Shown here piece after piece: positions 19,522 through 28,660 of a DNA stretch of 60,306 nucleotides (positions are counted from its first letter, which is position 1; each line of letters begins with the position of its first letter). The stretch comes from a virus. Its lineage: Duplodnaviria > Caudoviricetes. Made by a program: the position numbers and the translations under genes. The stretch is taken from positions 1 to 60,306 of the IMG/VR virus record IMGVR_UViG_3300030406_001449; one strand, 5' to 3'. The notes beneath the pieces are model-generated. The model saw nothing but the letters and a program-made list of their open reading frames with translations, had not been told where the DNA came from and made no database searches.

Positions 19522-20772
19522 TTATTGTGGTTTAGGCATTAGTAACCAATCTACTAAGAAAGGATTACCTTTTAGTGAATGATGCCTAGAGTTTAGTTGA
19601 TAATAACAACCCAAATCCTCAAACCAATTAGAGCTGTCATTATAACTATGTGTCTTAAAGTATTCTTCAGCAACAGTTGCTCCAGCTCCTTTATTTTCTT
19701 CTGACCATTGTTCCAGCTTAAGTTTTAGCATAGCAAGTGTAGGTTTTATACTATCATAGAAACTTAGTTGTTCTAGGTTACGTACCACCTGTGTATTTTG
19801 CATTATTAAATTACCCAACTTTATATCTAACTGCTCTGCCTTCTCAAATGTGTGTAGGTCGTGAGTTCCTATTTTACCATTAGGTAATTTATAACAAAAC
19901 TGCCTTTGATATCTTCCAGTTGTTACTTCTGGAAAATGCTCAAAAACTTCACCGACTAAAAAGCCACCCATGTTCATTCTACCAATACTAATAAAGCCAT
20001 TTTCAAACTCTTCCTTTAGGTCGCCAATCACTTTCTTAAGATGATTTTTGTCATTATCAAGAGTTTTGATAACGTTCTCATAGTATTCATTGGTTTTATG
20101 AGAAATAGGTTTTTTAGTACCATACAAACTATCTATCAATTCTCCTAGCATTTCTCTGTTGTCGTAAGTTAACTCACTTAACTTTCTATCATAATCTGAT
20201 ATAAGACTTGATATAGTTTTGTTTCCATCAAAATAGCTTGAAACAACATCTTGAGTTTGTATAAGAATAGGTTTCCAAGTTGGTGTAGGAGCTGATGTAT
20301 CAGCAAGAGGCGACCATTCTTTTTTTCTTAATGATTTTAATACTTGTGATACTTTTATAGACTTAATAGTTTTTCTATCCCAACTATCACGACCTCTATC
20401 TTTGATATAATAGTTTGCTTGGAAACAATAATTATCTTCATTATCATAGTATACAACAGCTTGAGGAATACCATCATAAGTCATCACGAATGCCTCATCA
20501 TACCACATAGTTCTACCTTCACTTGCTTGTTTCTTAATCTCCTCATCTAACATAGGGTTATAATTAATATCATTAAATTTATCAAAATCCTCTGCCTCTA
20601 AATAATTTATATGCCATTGAGTGTCATACTTATGCCTCGCTAGAAATAGTCTTTGACTTACACGCATGTCATACCTATGACATAAGTCTTTTACCATAGG
20701 AAAAACTTTACTCTCATTCAAACTTTGTTCCAGCTCTGCTGTGTGCATATTGTCGCTTATATATTTATTCAT
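19522..20772 (-). CDS. Hypothetical early protein, 416 aa
   Basis: Long ORF with the GGAGTAAAAAACTATG start cassette; no recognised motif. Confidence 0.85.
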   Translation of the reverse strand: MNKYISDNMHTAELEQSLNESKVFPMVKDLCHRYDMRVSQRLFLARHKYDTQWHINYLEAEDFDKFNDINYNPMLDEEIKKQASEGRTMWYDEAFVMTYDGIPQAVVYYDNEDNYCFQANYYIKDRGRDSWDRKTIKSIKVSQVLKSLRKKEWSPLADTSAPTPTWKPILIQTQDVVSSYFDGNKTISSLISDYDRKLSELTYDNREMLGELIDSLYGTKKPISHKTNEYYENVIKTLDNDKNHLKKVIGDLKEEFENGFISIGRMNMGGFLVGEVFEHFPEVTTGRYQRQFCYKLPNGKIGTHDLHTFEKAEQLDIKLGNLIMQNTQVVRNLEQLSFYDSIKPTLAMLKLKLEQWSEENKGAGATVAEEYFKTHSYNDSSNWFEDLGCYYQLNSRHHSLKGNPFLVDWLLMPKPQ

Positions 20773-20984
20773 AGTTTTTTACTCCAGTTTTTGTTTTTAG
20801 GATTAATCTCTGTTGGTTTACTTTCATAAATACCAACTGCTAACACTTCAACACTACTTGGCTCTCCCCAAGTGTAATGATTTTGCACTAAACTCTCTGC
20901 CTCTTCACTACTATTAGCCATTACAGAAATCGGCTTATAATGTTGTGTAATGTATACTTCGTACTTTTTCTTCTCTTCATTCAT
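20769..20984 (-). CDS. Small early protein
   Basis: RBS GAGG; V.A.S.EEA motif common in small phage proteins. Confidence 0.7.
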   Translation of the reverse strand: MNEEKKKYEVYITQHYKPISVMANSSEEAESLVQNHYTWGEPSSVEVLAVGIYESKPTEINPKNKNWSKKL

Positions 20985-21000
20985 AATTTTTACCTCGTAG

Positions 21001-21052
21001 TTTGCGATTTAAGGTACTTAAAAAAACTTTCGCTTATCATAGTACCCCCCAA
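21001..21052. repeat. 52-bp direct repeat, copy B (intergenic)
   Basis: Matches 19469..19520; abuts palindrome copy 2. Confidence 0.92.
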
Positions 21053-21054
21053 TT

Positions 21055-21074
21055 TCGTCGTAAGCTCACGACGA
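21055..21074. repeat. Palindrome copy 2 (intergenic)
   Basis: TCGTCGTAAGCTCACGACGA. Confidence 0.95.
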
Positions 21075-21077
21075 CTA

Positions 21078-22016
21078 TCAATTAAACTTAGATAGTATGT
21101 CATCAATACCTTGCTTAACTTCTGCTCTAGTGCTATCACTATCTCTTAGTAAGTCAGTAGATACTCCGCCAATCACTTTTTCCAAGTCATCAACTGCCTC
21201 TTGCAACATATCACTTTGCTCATTGTCTATTGGTTTAAAGTTCTTAATAGTATTTACCAATGCTTTAGCTCGTTGAAATGTAGTATCATAGATAGCTCGT
21301 TTCTTAAAAGTAGGTTGTCCCTCTTTGTCAACACCCTCTATCATTCCACAGCAGTGTGAAATACTCCTCATCACATCAACGATACGATTACATTGGTCAT
21401 TGATTACTGTTCTCACAATATCATCTGCTTGTTGCTGGTACTCTGCTTTCAAGTCATTTGCTGTATCTTGCGACACTTGACATCTGAAATCTTGGCTCGG
21501 TACTTCTGCTACAAACAATCGCATGTTAAACTTGTGTCGTAGTTCTTCAACACTTGGATAGTCGCTTTTGTCAAACATATCACCTTGTTTAAATGCCTCA
21601 TCACTTACAAGAGTTTGATAGTTCTCAAGGAAGTCCTCTACTGCTGTATTAAACTCACTTTCATACTTATCATACTCTGTCTTAAATTTCTCAAGGTCAA
21701 CTGTTGGTAACAAGTGCTGTGAATTGTTCCACCTGTATGTAGAATGTCTAAGCCATTTAAGTATCAACTGTCGTAACTTCACAATCCTATGGTGTTTAGG
21801 ATTTTTAGCAAAGAGATACTTAGTAAACTTACCTGTACCCAACTCTGCTTTTTTCATAGTGGTTACTTCATCTGAAATACCTCTGTCTTGCTTGGTTGCA
21901 GTCCAGACATTCACATCAACTGACACCAACATACTTGATGTTGCCAACGACACAATGTGTTCTGGTTGTTGTAGCTTATAGCTATCGGTGGTTACACCAC
22001 TTTTTTCTAATAACAT
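21078..22016 (-). CDS. DUF3150-like protein
   Basis: SSMLVSVDVNVWTATKQD...FDKSDYPSVEELRHKF; usual neighbour of the MoxR/VWA pair. Confidence 0.6.
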   Translation of the reverse strand: MLLEKSGVTTDSYKLQQPEHIVSLATSSMLVSVDVNVWTATKQDRGISDEVTTMKKAELGTGKFTKYLFAKNPKHHRIVKLRQLILKWLRHSTYRWNNSQHLLPTVDLEKFKTEYDKYESEFNTAVEDFLENYQTLVSDEAFKQGDMFDKSDYPSVEELRHKFNMRLFVAEVPSQDFRCQVSQDTANDLKAEYQQQADDIVRTVINDQCNRIVDVMRSISHCCGMIEGVDKEGQPTFKKRAIYDTTFQRAKALVNTIKNFKPIDNEQSDMLQEAVDDLEKVIGGVSTDLLRDSDSTRAEVKQGIDDILSKFN

Positions 22017-22021
22017 AGTTT

Positions 22022-22252
22022 TTACTCCTGTTGTAGTTTATAATCAATTACTTCAAATTCTTCGTTTAATGCTTTGAGTTCCTCTTCATCTTTTACATAG
22101 AAAAACACATCATCATCATTGATTGGGTCGTGGTATAAATCATTCTCTCTACAATATTTATCCTTACCAAACTTAATGTAATACCCCTCTAGTACTTCTT
22201 GAGTATCTTTCCATTTAATAGTGCAAACTGCACCTACACTTTCTTCTGCCAT
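22022..22252 (-). CDS. Small acidic early protein
   Basis: Start cassette GGAGAAAAACTATG; DDDVFFY motif. Confidence 0.75.
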   Translation of the reverse strand: MAEESVGAVCTIKWKDTQEVLEGYYIKFGKDKYCRENDLYHDPINDDDVFFYVKDEEELKALNEEFEVIDYKLQQE

Positions 22253-22278
22253 AGTTTTTCTCCCATAGTTTAAATTAT

Positions 22279-23457
22279 TTAATCATACTGAACGACAACA
22301 CTTCCAGTCGTTCCCTTAAAGTCTTTCCTGTCTGTTACAACATACAATGTAGGTGTAGACATACTCCATTGAATATCATGCTCAACCCAACCATCAGTAA
22401 ACACAATGATTGCCTCAGCTTTTATTCGTTCCTTTGTGATGTATTCACTCACACAGGATAGTCTAGTGCCACCACCACCTGCCACCTTGAGTAACTTATG
22501 TAGCTCTTGATATTGGTCTGGTCTGAACATCTGTTCACTACATACCTCATAGTCCCACCACAATATGCGTATCAAGTCTGGTGTAACTGTGTTCACGATA
22601 CTCTGCAACTCGGTAGCAAAGATTGTCAGTTCTTCTTGACCAATACTTCCAGATGTATCACATGCAATCACTAGCTCACCTACACTCTCGTTTTCCATAG
22701 AGGGTAGATATAAGTCATTAGGTAACATTCGCTTGTTAAACTTTCGCCAAGTGAACTCATCATTACCCTTACAGGTTGATGATACAAACTCTCTCATCAT
22801 TTCTCGCCAATCAAGTTTTGGCTCAAAGAGTTCGTCAATGGCTCTAGGTATCTTGCCACCAACTTTCCCAGCAAGTATGCTACCCTCTTTGAGTGCGTTC
22901 TCAATCTTCTGTGCCATCTCTTTTTGCTCTTGAGGTGTCATCTCTTGACCACTACCCTCAAAGTCATGCTCATCAAGAGGTTGTAAATTTGATTGACCTT
23001 CGTCGTCGCTTGACGACGATTGTTCTTCCATATCTTTAAGTATCTCGTTGACTGACCAATTATGATACTTCTCTTCATATAAACAACCCTTTGGTAATTG
23101 ACATAAGTCCTTATCTTCCAAGTGATTGATAACATCATTGACTACATAATCAGCACACACATTCATATGGTGTGGATTTTTGTAATACTCTTTCTTAAAT
23201 CTACCGACATGATTAAGTGCCACATGTAAATTCTCATGCAATATCAATGCTCGTAACTCCAAGTCTGATAGTCCCTCAATAAACTTTCTACCATAGTATT
23301 TATTAAAGCCATCAGTCTTAGCAGTTGGACAATCATCAACCACCTCTGACTTACCCAACATCATCACTCCACTATATAGAGCAGTTTCTGGGTGTTTCAT
23401 CAAAGCAATATGAGCTTTCTTAATTCTATCCTCTGGGGATAGCTTGTGTGTTGTCAT
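22279..23457 (-). CDS. DUF2201-type metallopeptidase + VWA domain protein
   Basis: PTAKTDG, HENLH (HExxH), MIDAS DTSGS, GGGGT, FTDG. Confidence 0.9.
   Translation of the reverse strand: MTTHKLSPEDRIKKAHIALMKHPETALYSGVMMLGKSEVVDDCPTAKTDGFNKYYGRKFIEGLSDLELRALILHENLHVALNHVGRFKKEYYKNPHHMNVCADYVVNDVINHLEDKDLCQLPKGCLYEEKYHNWSVNEILKDMEEQSSSSDDEGQSNLQPLDEHDFEGSGQEMTPQEQKEMAQKIENALKEGSILAGKVGGKIPRAIDELFEPKLDWREMMREFVSSTCKGNDEFTWRKFNKRMLPNDLYLPSMENESVGELVIACDTSGSIGQEELTIFATELQSIVNTVTPDLIRILWWDYEVCSEQMFRPDQYQELHKLLKVAGGGGTRLSCVSEYITKERIKAEAIIVFTDGWVEHDIQWSMSTPTLYVVTDRKDFKGTTGSVVVQYD
23000..23019. repeat. Palindrome copy 3 (intragenic, VWA protein linker)
   Basis: TCGTCGTCGCTTGACGACGA, encoding SSSDDE. 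Confidence 0.9.
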
Positions 23458-23627
23458 AGTTTTAACTCCTGTTGTTCATTTACTTCGTATGTTCCGTCAA
23501 ACCTATATCTTCCTTGAACAATATCTTCTATGTTATCCATTAGCCACTTGTGAATATGCGACATAGGTACAGAGAAGTCCTCGCCCTCTTTGAAGTCTGT
23601 AATTATACATCTAGTTTTAAAGTCCAT
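23454..23627 (-). CDS. Small early protein, 57 aa, not in the ORF track
   Basis: MDFKTRCIITDFKEGEDF...QQELKL; start cassette; ATGA overlap with the VWA gene. Confidence 0.7.
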   Translation of the reverse strand: MDFKTRCIITDFKEGEDFSVPMSHIHKWLMDNIEDIVQGRYRFDGTYEVNEQQELKL

Positions 23628-23649
23628 AGTATTTCTCCCATAGTTTAAA

Positions 23650-24708
23650 TTACATAATGTTAAAGTTCTCTACTGCCCAATCTGCTATCTCTTTATTACC
23701 CCTAGCAATCTTGACTGACTTAGTATTTCTCATCATCATAGTAAAGAAAATAGCTTGTATCTCACTACTATTAATCCTATTGATGTACTTCATAAATGCT
23801 GTTAAGTCGCTTTGCTGTTTAATTTTATCAACAGCTTGGAACATCAACATCAGTTGAGCTGAAATACTATCTGGCATATTGGTTGTTTCTGGTTTCTCGA
23901 GTATCTCGGTAAAGGTCGGTAACTCTTTCTCAAGTCGCAAGAATGCTGACATATCCGCACTTGCACTTGCACCAATCGTCCCACTCAATGCCACCATAGT
24001 TGCGTTTTCGCCTAGCTTATCCCTGTTATCCACAATCACACTAGCTTTTTCTAGTGAACGAGGACTGACAAAGGATAGCATTGGTTTCTTAGGATTAAAG
24101 ATGTATGGATTATCTTCCTGTCCGCTATCCCTGTAACTCGCAAGAACTCTAGGAAAGGTATGTACGAATGCTCGTATCAAAGGATTTACTCCATTTTCAG
24201 TCGCCCATACTAGCCAATCCTCTACATTTGGTTTTTCCATTTCTAATATACACACTCTGTTACCAGCATGTGCTAACATAGTGTCGCCCAAGCCATCAGC
24301 TTGATTGTTAGATGTACCAAATACAATACTTCCCTCTGGTAGAGGTGTATCACCTACAGTTCTCTCAAGCATAAGTCTAGTAAAGATAACTTGTAGTAGC
24401 TTTGGTGATTTCATAAACTCATCTAGCAAGATAACTTTAGGTTTATCGTTATCAAGTTTAAACAATGAGCCAACATAGTTCTCTAGTGTTTTAGTTTCAT
24501 GGTTGGGGATAGTCATAGCAATATCTGACATATCCTTGACTGGACAATCTACATAGATGTAATCGTATTTGTCCCCTAGTTTTTTCTCAATCGCTTTGAG
24601 TAGACTAGTCTTACCACACCCAGCTTCACTCTGTATGATTGGTGTTAGAGTTTCTCCTATCGTAGGGATAAGAGTTTCTAACTCTTTTATGGTTACTCTT
24701 TGTTGCAT
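23650..24708 (-). CDS. MoxR-like AAA+ ATPase
   Basis: Walker A SEAGCGKT, Walker B ILLDE, GTSN sensor, NR finger, SPRS; next to the VWA gene. Confidence 0.9.
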   Translation of the reverse strand: MQQRVTIKELETLIPTIGETLTPIIQSEAGCGKTSLLKAIEKKLGDKYDYIYVDCPVKDMSDIAMTIPNHETKTLENYVGSLFKLDNDKPKVILLDEFMKSPKLLQVIFTRLMLERTVGDTPLPEGSIVFGTSNNQADGLGDTMLAHAGNRVCILEMEKPNVEDWLVWATENGVNPLIRAFVHTFPRVLASYRDSGQEDNPYIFNPKKPMLSFVSPRSLEKASVIVDNRDKLGENATMVALSGTIGASASADMSAFLRLEKELPTFTEILEKPETTNMPDSISAQLMLMFQAVDKIKQQSDLTAFMKYINRINSSEIQAIFFTMMMRNTKSVKIARGNKEIADWAVENFNIM

Positions 24709-24713
24709 AGTTT

Positions 24714-24860
24714 TTACTCCTGTGGTTTCCCACTATTTGAGGCATATCTGCCTGTTCTATTTTCTAAGTCTTTCATATCTTGGTGTTGCAGTATCATTAG
24801 TAACCCAATAGCTGTTACTATCAATCCTAACGCAAACCCTATTACAAACATCATTATCAT
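24714..24860 (-). CDS. Small membrane protein, 48 aa, not in the ORF track
   Basis: MIMMFVIGFALGLIVTAIGLLMIL... single TM helix; start cassette GGAGTAAAACTATG. Confidence 0.7.
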   Translation of the reverse strand: MIMMFVIGFALGLIVTAIGLLMILQHQDMKDLENRTGRYASNSGKPQE

Positions 24861-24882
24861 AGTTTTACTCCTGTGGTTGTTG

Positions 24883-24902
24883 TCGTCGTGAGTTCACGAC
24901 GA
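24883..24902. repeat. Palindrome copy 4 (intergenic)
   Basis: TCGTCGTGAGTTCACGACGA. Confidence 0.95.
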
Positions 24903-24904
24903 GG

Positions 24905-25357
24905 TTATTCAATTAATTTATTTTTTTCGTCAAATGCGACATCTATAACATCAATTCTAGGTTTTGTTAGATAAGCCAACTCATAACCCAACTCGCCATA
25001 GTATTCTGAGTTTATATCATCATCATCTTCGCCTACTCGCAGAAAACAAGCCGACATTCCAAACTTAGTGTCATTACAATAATGTGTTGACATACCAAAA
25101 AGATAATTAAAACTAGCTACCCATTTATCGGAGTCATACCACTTGACATCATTAAAACTAACATACAAAGAGCAGTTTTTCATATCAATACCCCCATAAT
25201 CCAGTTGAGTATCTTTTTTTGTAAGTTCTCTCATAGCAATATCACATTTAGGATTAGCTTTGAGTTCAGCGATAAACAAGTGCCAATTCTTAACACTTTC
25301 CTCATCTTCATGGTCGTCCATTTGTATGACCATAACAACTTCACTACGATAACCCAT
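24905..25357 (-). CDS. Conserved early phage protein (MGYRSEV...VKWY...RVGE.DDD)
   Basis: Recurrent phage motif set; RBS GGGGG. Confidence 0.8.
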   Translation of the reverse strand: MGYRSEVVMVIQMDDHEDEESVKNWHLFIAELKANPKCDIAMRELTKKDTQLDYGGIDMKNCSLYVSFNDVKWYDSDKWVASFNYLFGMSTHYCNDTKFGMSACFLRVGEDDDDINSEYYGELGYELAYLTKPRIDVIDVAFDEKNKLIE

Positions 25358-25358
25358 A

Positions 25359-25466
25359 CTAACCCCCTATGCTACGCATGTATACTGTTACAGCACAAGA
25401 TACCACTACTAACAATGGTATGAGTGCTACAATCGTTAATTTAAAATATAGTATCAGCTTATTCAT
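25359..25466 (-). CDS. Small hydrophobic peptide, 35 aa, not in the ORF track
   Basis: MNKLILYFKLTIVALIPLLVVVSCAVTVYMRSIGG; RBS GAGGGGG; fills the gap between ORFs. Confidence 0.5.
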   Translation of the reverse strand: MNKLILYFKLTIVALIPLLVVVSCAVTVYMRSIGG

Positions 25467-25644
25467 TTGACACCCCCTCTCGTTCTTCAGCTTTCTTGTC
25501 TACAAGTTCAAGCATAGCACCATCAATGTCAGTCGTAATATCTACCCCATACTTCTCGCACATGGTACAAAACTCATTGACTGAAAGTTCGCCTAGCTGT
25601 GTGAATATATCTTCTCGTACTTCGTCATTACTCATATTACTCAT
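25459..25644 (-). CDS. Small acidic early protein
   Basis: Coupled ORF; RBS GAGG. Confidence 0.65.
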   Translation of the reverse strand: MSNMSNDEVREDIFTQLGELSVNEFCTMCEKYGVDITTDIDGAMLELVDKKAEEREGVSNE

Positions 25645-25858
25645 TTTTTATTACCTCTCTATATAGTTTATTTACATACTTCTTACGATACATACAGTTA
25701 TTATCAATACAAAACTGTATGAACTTCTTGTTCAATCGTGCCACTTTCATAGTCTTTTTATCTCTAAGTATGGCTCTCATAAACACTTCCTTTGCTATTG
25801 TGTCTTGCTGTTGCATACACATCACAGCATAATTTATATCATCATGTGTTCTTATCAT
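25637..25858 (-). CDS. Small early protein
   Basis: Coupled ORF; RBS GGGG. Confidence 0.65.
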   Translation of the reverse strand: MIRTHDDINYAVMCMQQQDTIAKEVFMRAILRDKKTMKVARLNKKFIQFCIDNNCMYRKKYVNKLYREVIKNE

Positions 25859-26018
25859 CTTTATCCCCCTGCATGTAATCGTGCAATACTTTGATTTGTT
25901 GCTCCCGTGTAAGACTTCTATCTATGTACTTCTTGAGTGCTATCTCGTACTCTTCTTTAGTTACATTAGGTCTATTCATTTCCCACCATAAATATGCAAA
26001 GTCTGTAAAGTTTGTCAT
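25842..26018 (-). CDS. Small early protein, 58 aa, not in the ORF track
   Basis: MTNFTDFAYLWWEMNRP...; ATGA overlap with the upstream ORF stop. Confidence 0.6.
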   Translation of the reverse strand: MTNFTDFAYLWWEMNRPNVTKEEYEIALKKYIDRSLTREQQIKVLHDYMQGDKDDKNT

Positions 26019-26230
26019 CTGTGAAATCCCCCTTTGTTGTTAATGCCTTTCAAGTCTGCTTTGTCGCTGACCACGACATAGTTTGATTTGTGCATTGGTA
26101 CGATTGTGTGCTTTACTTTTCTGGCTTGATGTTCGCCACAGTCAAGGCAAGTGTTGAAACCTGCCTCTAATCGTTTCTTGCTGTAATATGCACCACAGCT
26201 CGAACAGATTGCCTTCATTGATTTAGTCAT
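26015..26230 (-). CDS. C4 zinc-finger early protein (DksA/TraR-finger-like)
   Basis: CSSC...RLEAGFNTCLDC; PMHKSNY motif; start cassette. Confidence 0.75.
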   Translation of the reverse strand: MTKSMKAICSSCGAYYSKKRLEAGFNTCLDCGEHQARKVKHTIVPMHKSNYVVVSDKADLKGINNKGGFHR

Positions 26231-26381
26231 AGTTTTTACTCCCTTGCTTTTCTTTTAGAATGGCTCTAGCTTTATCTATTGTTTCTTGACTAGCACCACC
26301 TAAAAAATAATTCATTGTAGAATTAGTATTGTCAAAAGTTTTGAGCCATTTTCTTAGTTCTTGTATAGTCCAGTTTTCCAT
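26223..26381 (-). CDS. Small early protein, 52 aa, not in the ORF track
   Basis: MENWTIQELRKWLKTF...; start cassette GGAGAAAAAACTATG. Confidence 0.7.
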   Translation of the reverse strand: MENWTIQELRKWLKTFDNTNSTMNYFLGGASQETIDKARAILKEKQGSKNYD

Positions 26382-26395
26382 AGTTTTTTCTCCTG

Positions 26396-26415
26396 TCGTC
26401 GTAAGCTCACGACGA
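26396..26415. repeat. Palindrome copy 5 (overlaps a stop codon)
   Basis: TCGTCGTAAGCTCACGACGA, identical to copy 2. Confidence 0.95.
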
Positions 26416-26769
26416 ACTGTTAGTTAAGAATGCGACTTCTCGTTTTGCTTTGCGTTCCATATACCTCATCAAAGAGCCACATCTTATATACTCTTTCATA
26501 TCATCAGTATATAACCAACACTCAACTGGCTCACTAGGTCTGCATTGTGATTGATGTTTTGATGTTGACATTGAGTATCTACCTTTATTCCCTATCCACA
26601 TTCCAGCTTGTCTATCATAGATATACATTGGGAAGTGGTAGCCATAGCTGTATACGACATATAACCCGTCGTCATCAAATGACACTTTATTTTCTGCAAA
26701 GGTATTGCTACCCTCAAAGACTTTTAGTTCGTCAACATATTGACTTGCGTTTTTGTTTGCTACTTTCAT
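26407..26769 (-). CDS. First gene of the early operon (YSYG.HF...YS.STSKH family)
   Basis: Start revised to MKVANKNAS after GGAGCAAAACTATG; downstream of a strong promoter. Confidence 0.8.
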   Translation of the reverse strand: MKVANKNASQYVDELKVFEGSNTFAENKVSFDDDGLYVVYSYGYHFPMYIYDRQAGMWIGNKGRYSMSTSKHQSQCRPSEPVECWLYTDDMKEYIRCGSLMRYMERKAKREVAFLTNSSS

Positions 26770-26797
26770 AGTTTTGCTCCATAGTTTTATTAGTTGC

Positions 26798-26817
26798 TCG
26801 TCGTGAGATGACGACGA
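26798..26817. repeat. Palindrome copy 6 (5' leader of the early operon)
   Basis: TCGTCGTGAGATGACGACGA. Confidence 0.95.
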
Positions 26818-26869
26818 GAGTACATTAGTGCTAGATACAAAATTTAGATATGTTTCTACCACTATGACT

Positions 26870-26898
26870 ATTATACTATATGTAAAGTAATAGGTAAA
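26870..26898 (-). promoter_or_regulatory. Sigma70-like early promoter
   Basis: TTTACC-N17-TATAAT, with AT-rich sequence upstream. Confidence 0.7.
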
Positions 26899-26899
26899 G

Positions 26900-27955
26900 T
26901 TTGTAATCCATTTATTTACAACTAAATGAATTGAGATAAAACTACCATTACTAACACTACCACCACATCAACTAGAAACATATGACCAAAAATTACACGC
27001 AGTCTACGTTATTTTCACTATCTAAATCTCACTATCGCACGAAAGATAAAGGATATCTGACGACCTGCACTTTAAGTTTTTTATTAGGATATAAACTTCA
27101 TTATCATTTGAAACTTAACTCTCTGCCTAGCGGGACAGCTTTGACTTTTATATCACTATCTAAATCTTACTATCATCTAAAAGTTAACTTCCAGCTCCCT
27201 GTACAGGCACAGAGTATTTTATGGTAGTGTATGACGCACAGCGATAAATACATTGTGATTAGAGTCCCGAGATGCTAAATCATCTTACTGTACATATTAT
27301 GGTATAAACTTTACATATAGAAAAACATAAGTAGCTGAGCTTCGGACAAATAGTGTACTTTTTGAGTTCAAAAAACTGGTTATTCCAAAATGGTAACTTG
27401 TTGTTTTTATTGTAGTTCGTCGTCAGTCGGCGACGGTTCTCGGTTCTAACTGGGTGTAGCTTTACATATAATACTGGAACTGGACTTATTGTTTTATGTA
27501 AAGTAAACCTAAGTGATTGTAATTATAAGAGATACTTAGGTTATTATTATATTATATATTATGTTTTTTACTTATTATTTCTTCAGTTCTTAAGTTCCTA
27601 GTTTTTTGATAGGACGATACCTTTCTGCAACGAATAATTACACCGCAAAAACAAGACGAAAGACCACAGAAAAACGAAAAGTTGCTCACTATCTAAAAAA
27701 AGAGGGAACTATGGAACTGGTTTTACATATCAAATACTTAAGTAGGAACTAAAATAGGAACTGAAGAGAACTTAAAATAAAAAAAATAGGAACTGAACTG
27801 ACTATCAAAGTAAATAGCCGATTTGAAAACTGGTTACACAAAAAAAACTGGCTATTAAATTTAAAAACAACTTGACATAAACTTAAGTTTACATATAGTT
27901 TACTCTCTATGTACTCACTATCTTAGTACATTCGGAACTGGCGACAAAATTTGAG
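26900..27955. other. Long non-coding region rich in short iterated motifs (candidate origin/terminal control region)
   Basis: GGAACT x7, TCACTATC x5, AAAACTGGYTA x3, repeated TTTACATA; AT-rich core near 27.5 kb; no convincing ORF. Confidence 0.55.
27417..27436. repeat. Palindrome copy 7 (2 mismatches)
   Basis: TCGTCGTCAGTCGGCGACGG. Confidence 0.75.
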
Positions 27956-27957
27956 CC

Positions 27958-27990
27958 AAAAAAAGGGCGGTTAGATTTCTCTAACCACCC
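27958..27990 (-). terminator. Rho-independent terminator
   Basis: Minus strand GGGTGGTTAGA-GAAA-TCTAACCGCCC followed by T7, just after the ORF 28016 stop. Confidence 0.88.
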
Positions 27991-28015
27991 TAAAAACGTC
28001 CTTGTCAAGTCCTAA

Positions 28016-28660
28016 CTATTTCATATATTTTTTATTAATCTCAATTGCTTTATTATACATATCTAGCATTTCGATTGCATAGCCCTTATCACAAGCACCT
28101 TTTTTCATAGCATTCGACATTCTCTTATGTTCTCGCATAATATTAATTTCTGTTTGCTGTTCAAAGGTTTTACCCTCGTCGTCAGTTGACGACGGTGCTT
28201 TAGGTTCTACGGCAAGTTTTACCCAAGTCTTAAAACGTCCGCCTATAAACTTGAATAACTCACGACGAACACCCGAAAAACCCACCTCGTCGGACATTAT
28301 AGCCGAGTATATTTCCTCACCATGCGGTTGAGTTTTCCATTTTTTCTCATCCCATAATACCTTAGTAACCGTCAAATCGATTTCAGTATCACCGATTTTC
28401 TGTTTACCGAATTTAGGCATATGTTCGTCTTTATTAGCCCACTCAACGGCTAACAATTTAGTTACATCATTATAAAATGATATGCTTTCCTTGTTACCGC
28501 CTTTAGCTATGGGTTTAGAGTGTTGGTGCAAAGTCTTCTCGTACCATTTTGGCATTAAAGTATTTAGCACACGAACAGCACTTGTAACACTCATATTGAT
28601 TTCATGCTGTTTATTTTCCGCCGATAATATATCGGATATAGCTTTTTTTACTGTAGTCAT
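28016..28660 (-). CDS. Stand-alone earliest gene, hypothetical 214 aa
   Basis: Has its own promoter and terminator; start GGAAAGACTATG. Confidence 0.82.
   Translation of the reverse strand: MTTVKKAISDILSAENKQHEINMSVTSAVRVLNTLMPKWYEKTLHQHSKPIAKGGNKESISFYNDVTKLLAVEWANKDEHMPKFGKQKIGDTEIDLTVTKVLWDEKKWKTQPHGEEIYSAIMSDEVGFSGVRRELFKFIGGRFKTWVKLAVEPKAPSSTDDEGKTFEQQTEINIMREHKRMSNAMKKGACDKGYAIEMLDMYNKAIEINKKYMK
28176..28195. repeat. Palindrome copy 8 (intragenic, 1 mismatch)
   Basis: TCGTCGTCAGTTGACGACGG, encoding PSSTDDE. Confidence 0.88.

Noticed and set aside
26770-26862. N-terminal extension of ORF 26407..26862 given in the track
   Set aside because: The start cassette sits at 26769; the extension is the 5' leader containing palindrome copy 6.
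26982-27227. 81-aa plus-strand ORF in the non-coding block
   Set aside because: It arises from TCACTATC-type repeats, has no SD, and is opposite to the flanking transcription.
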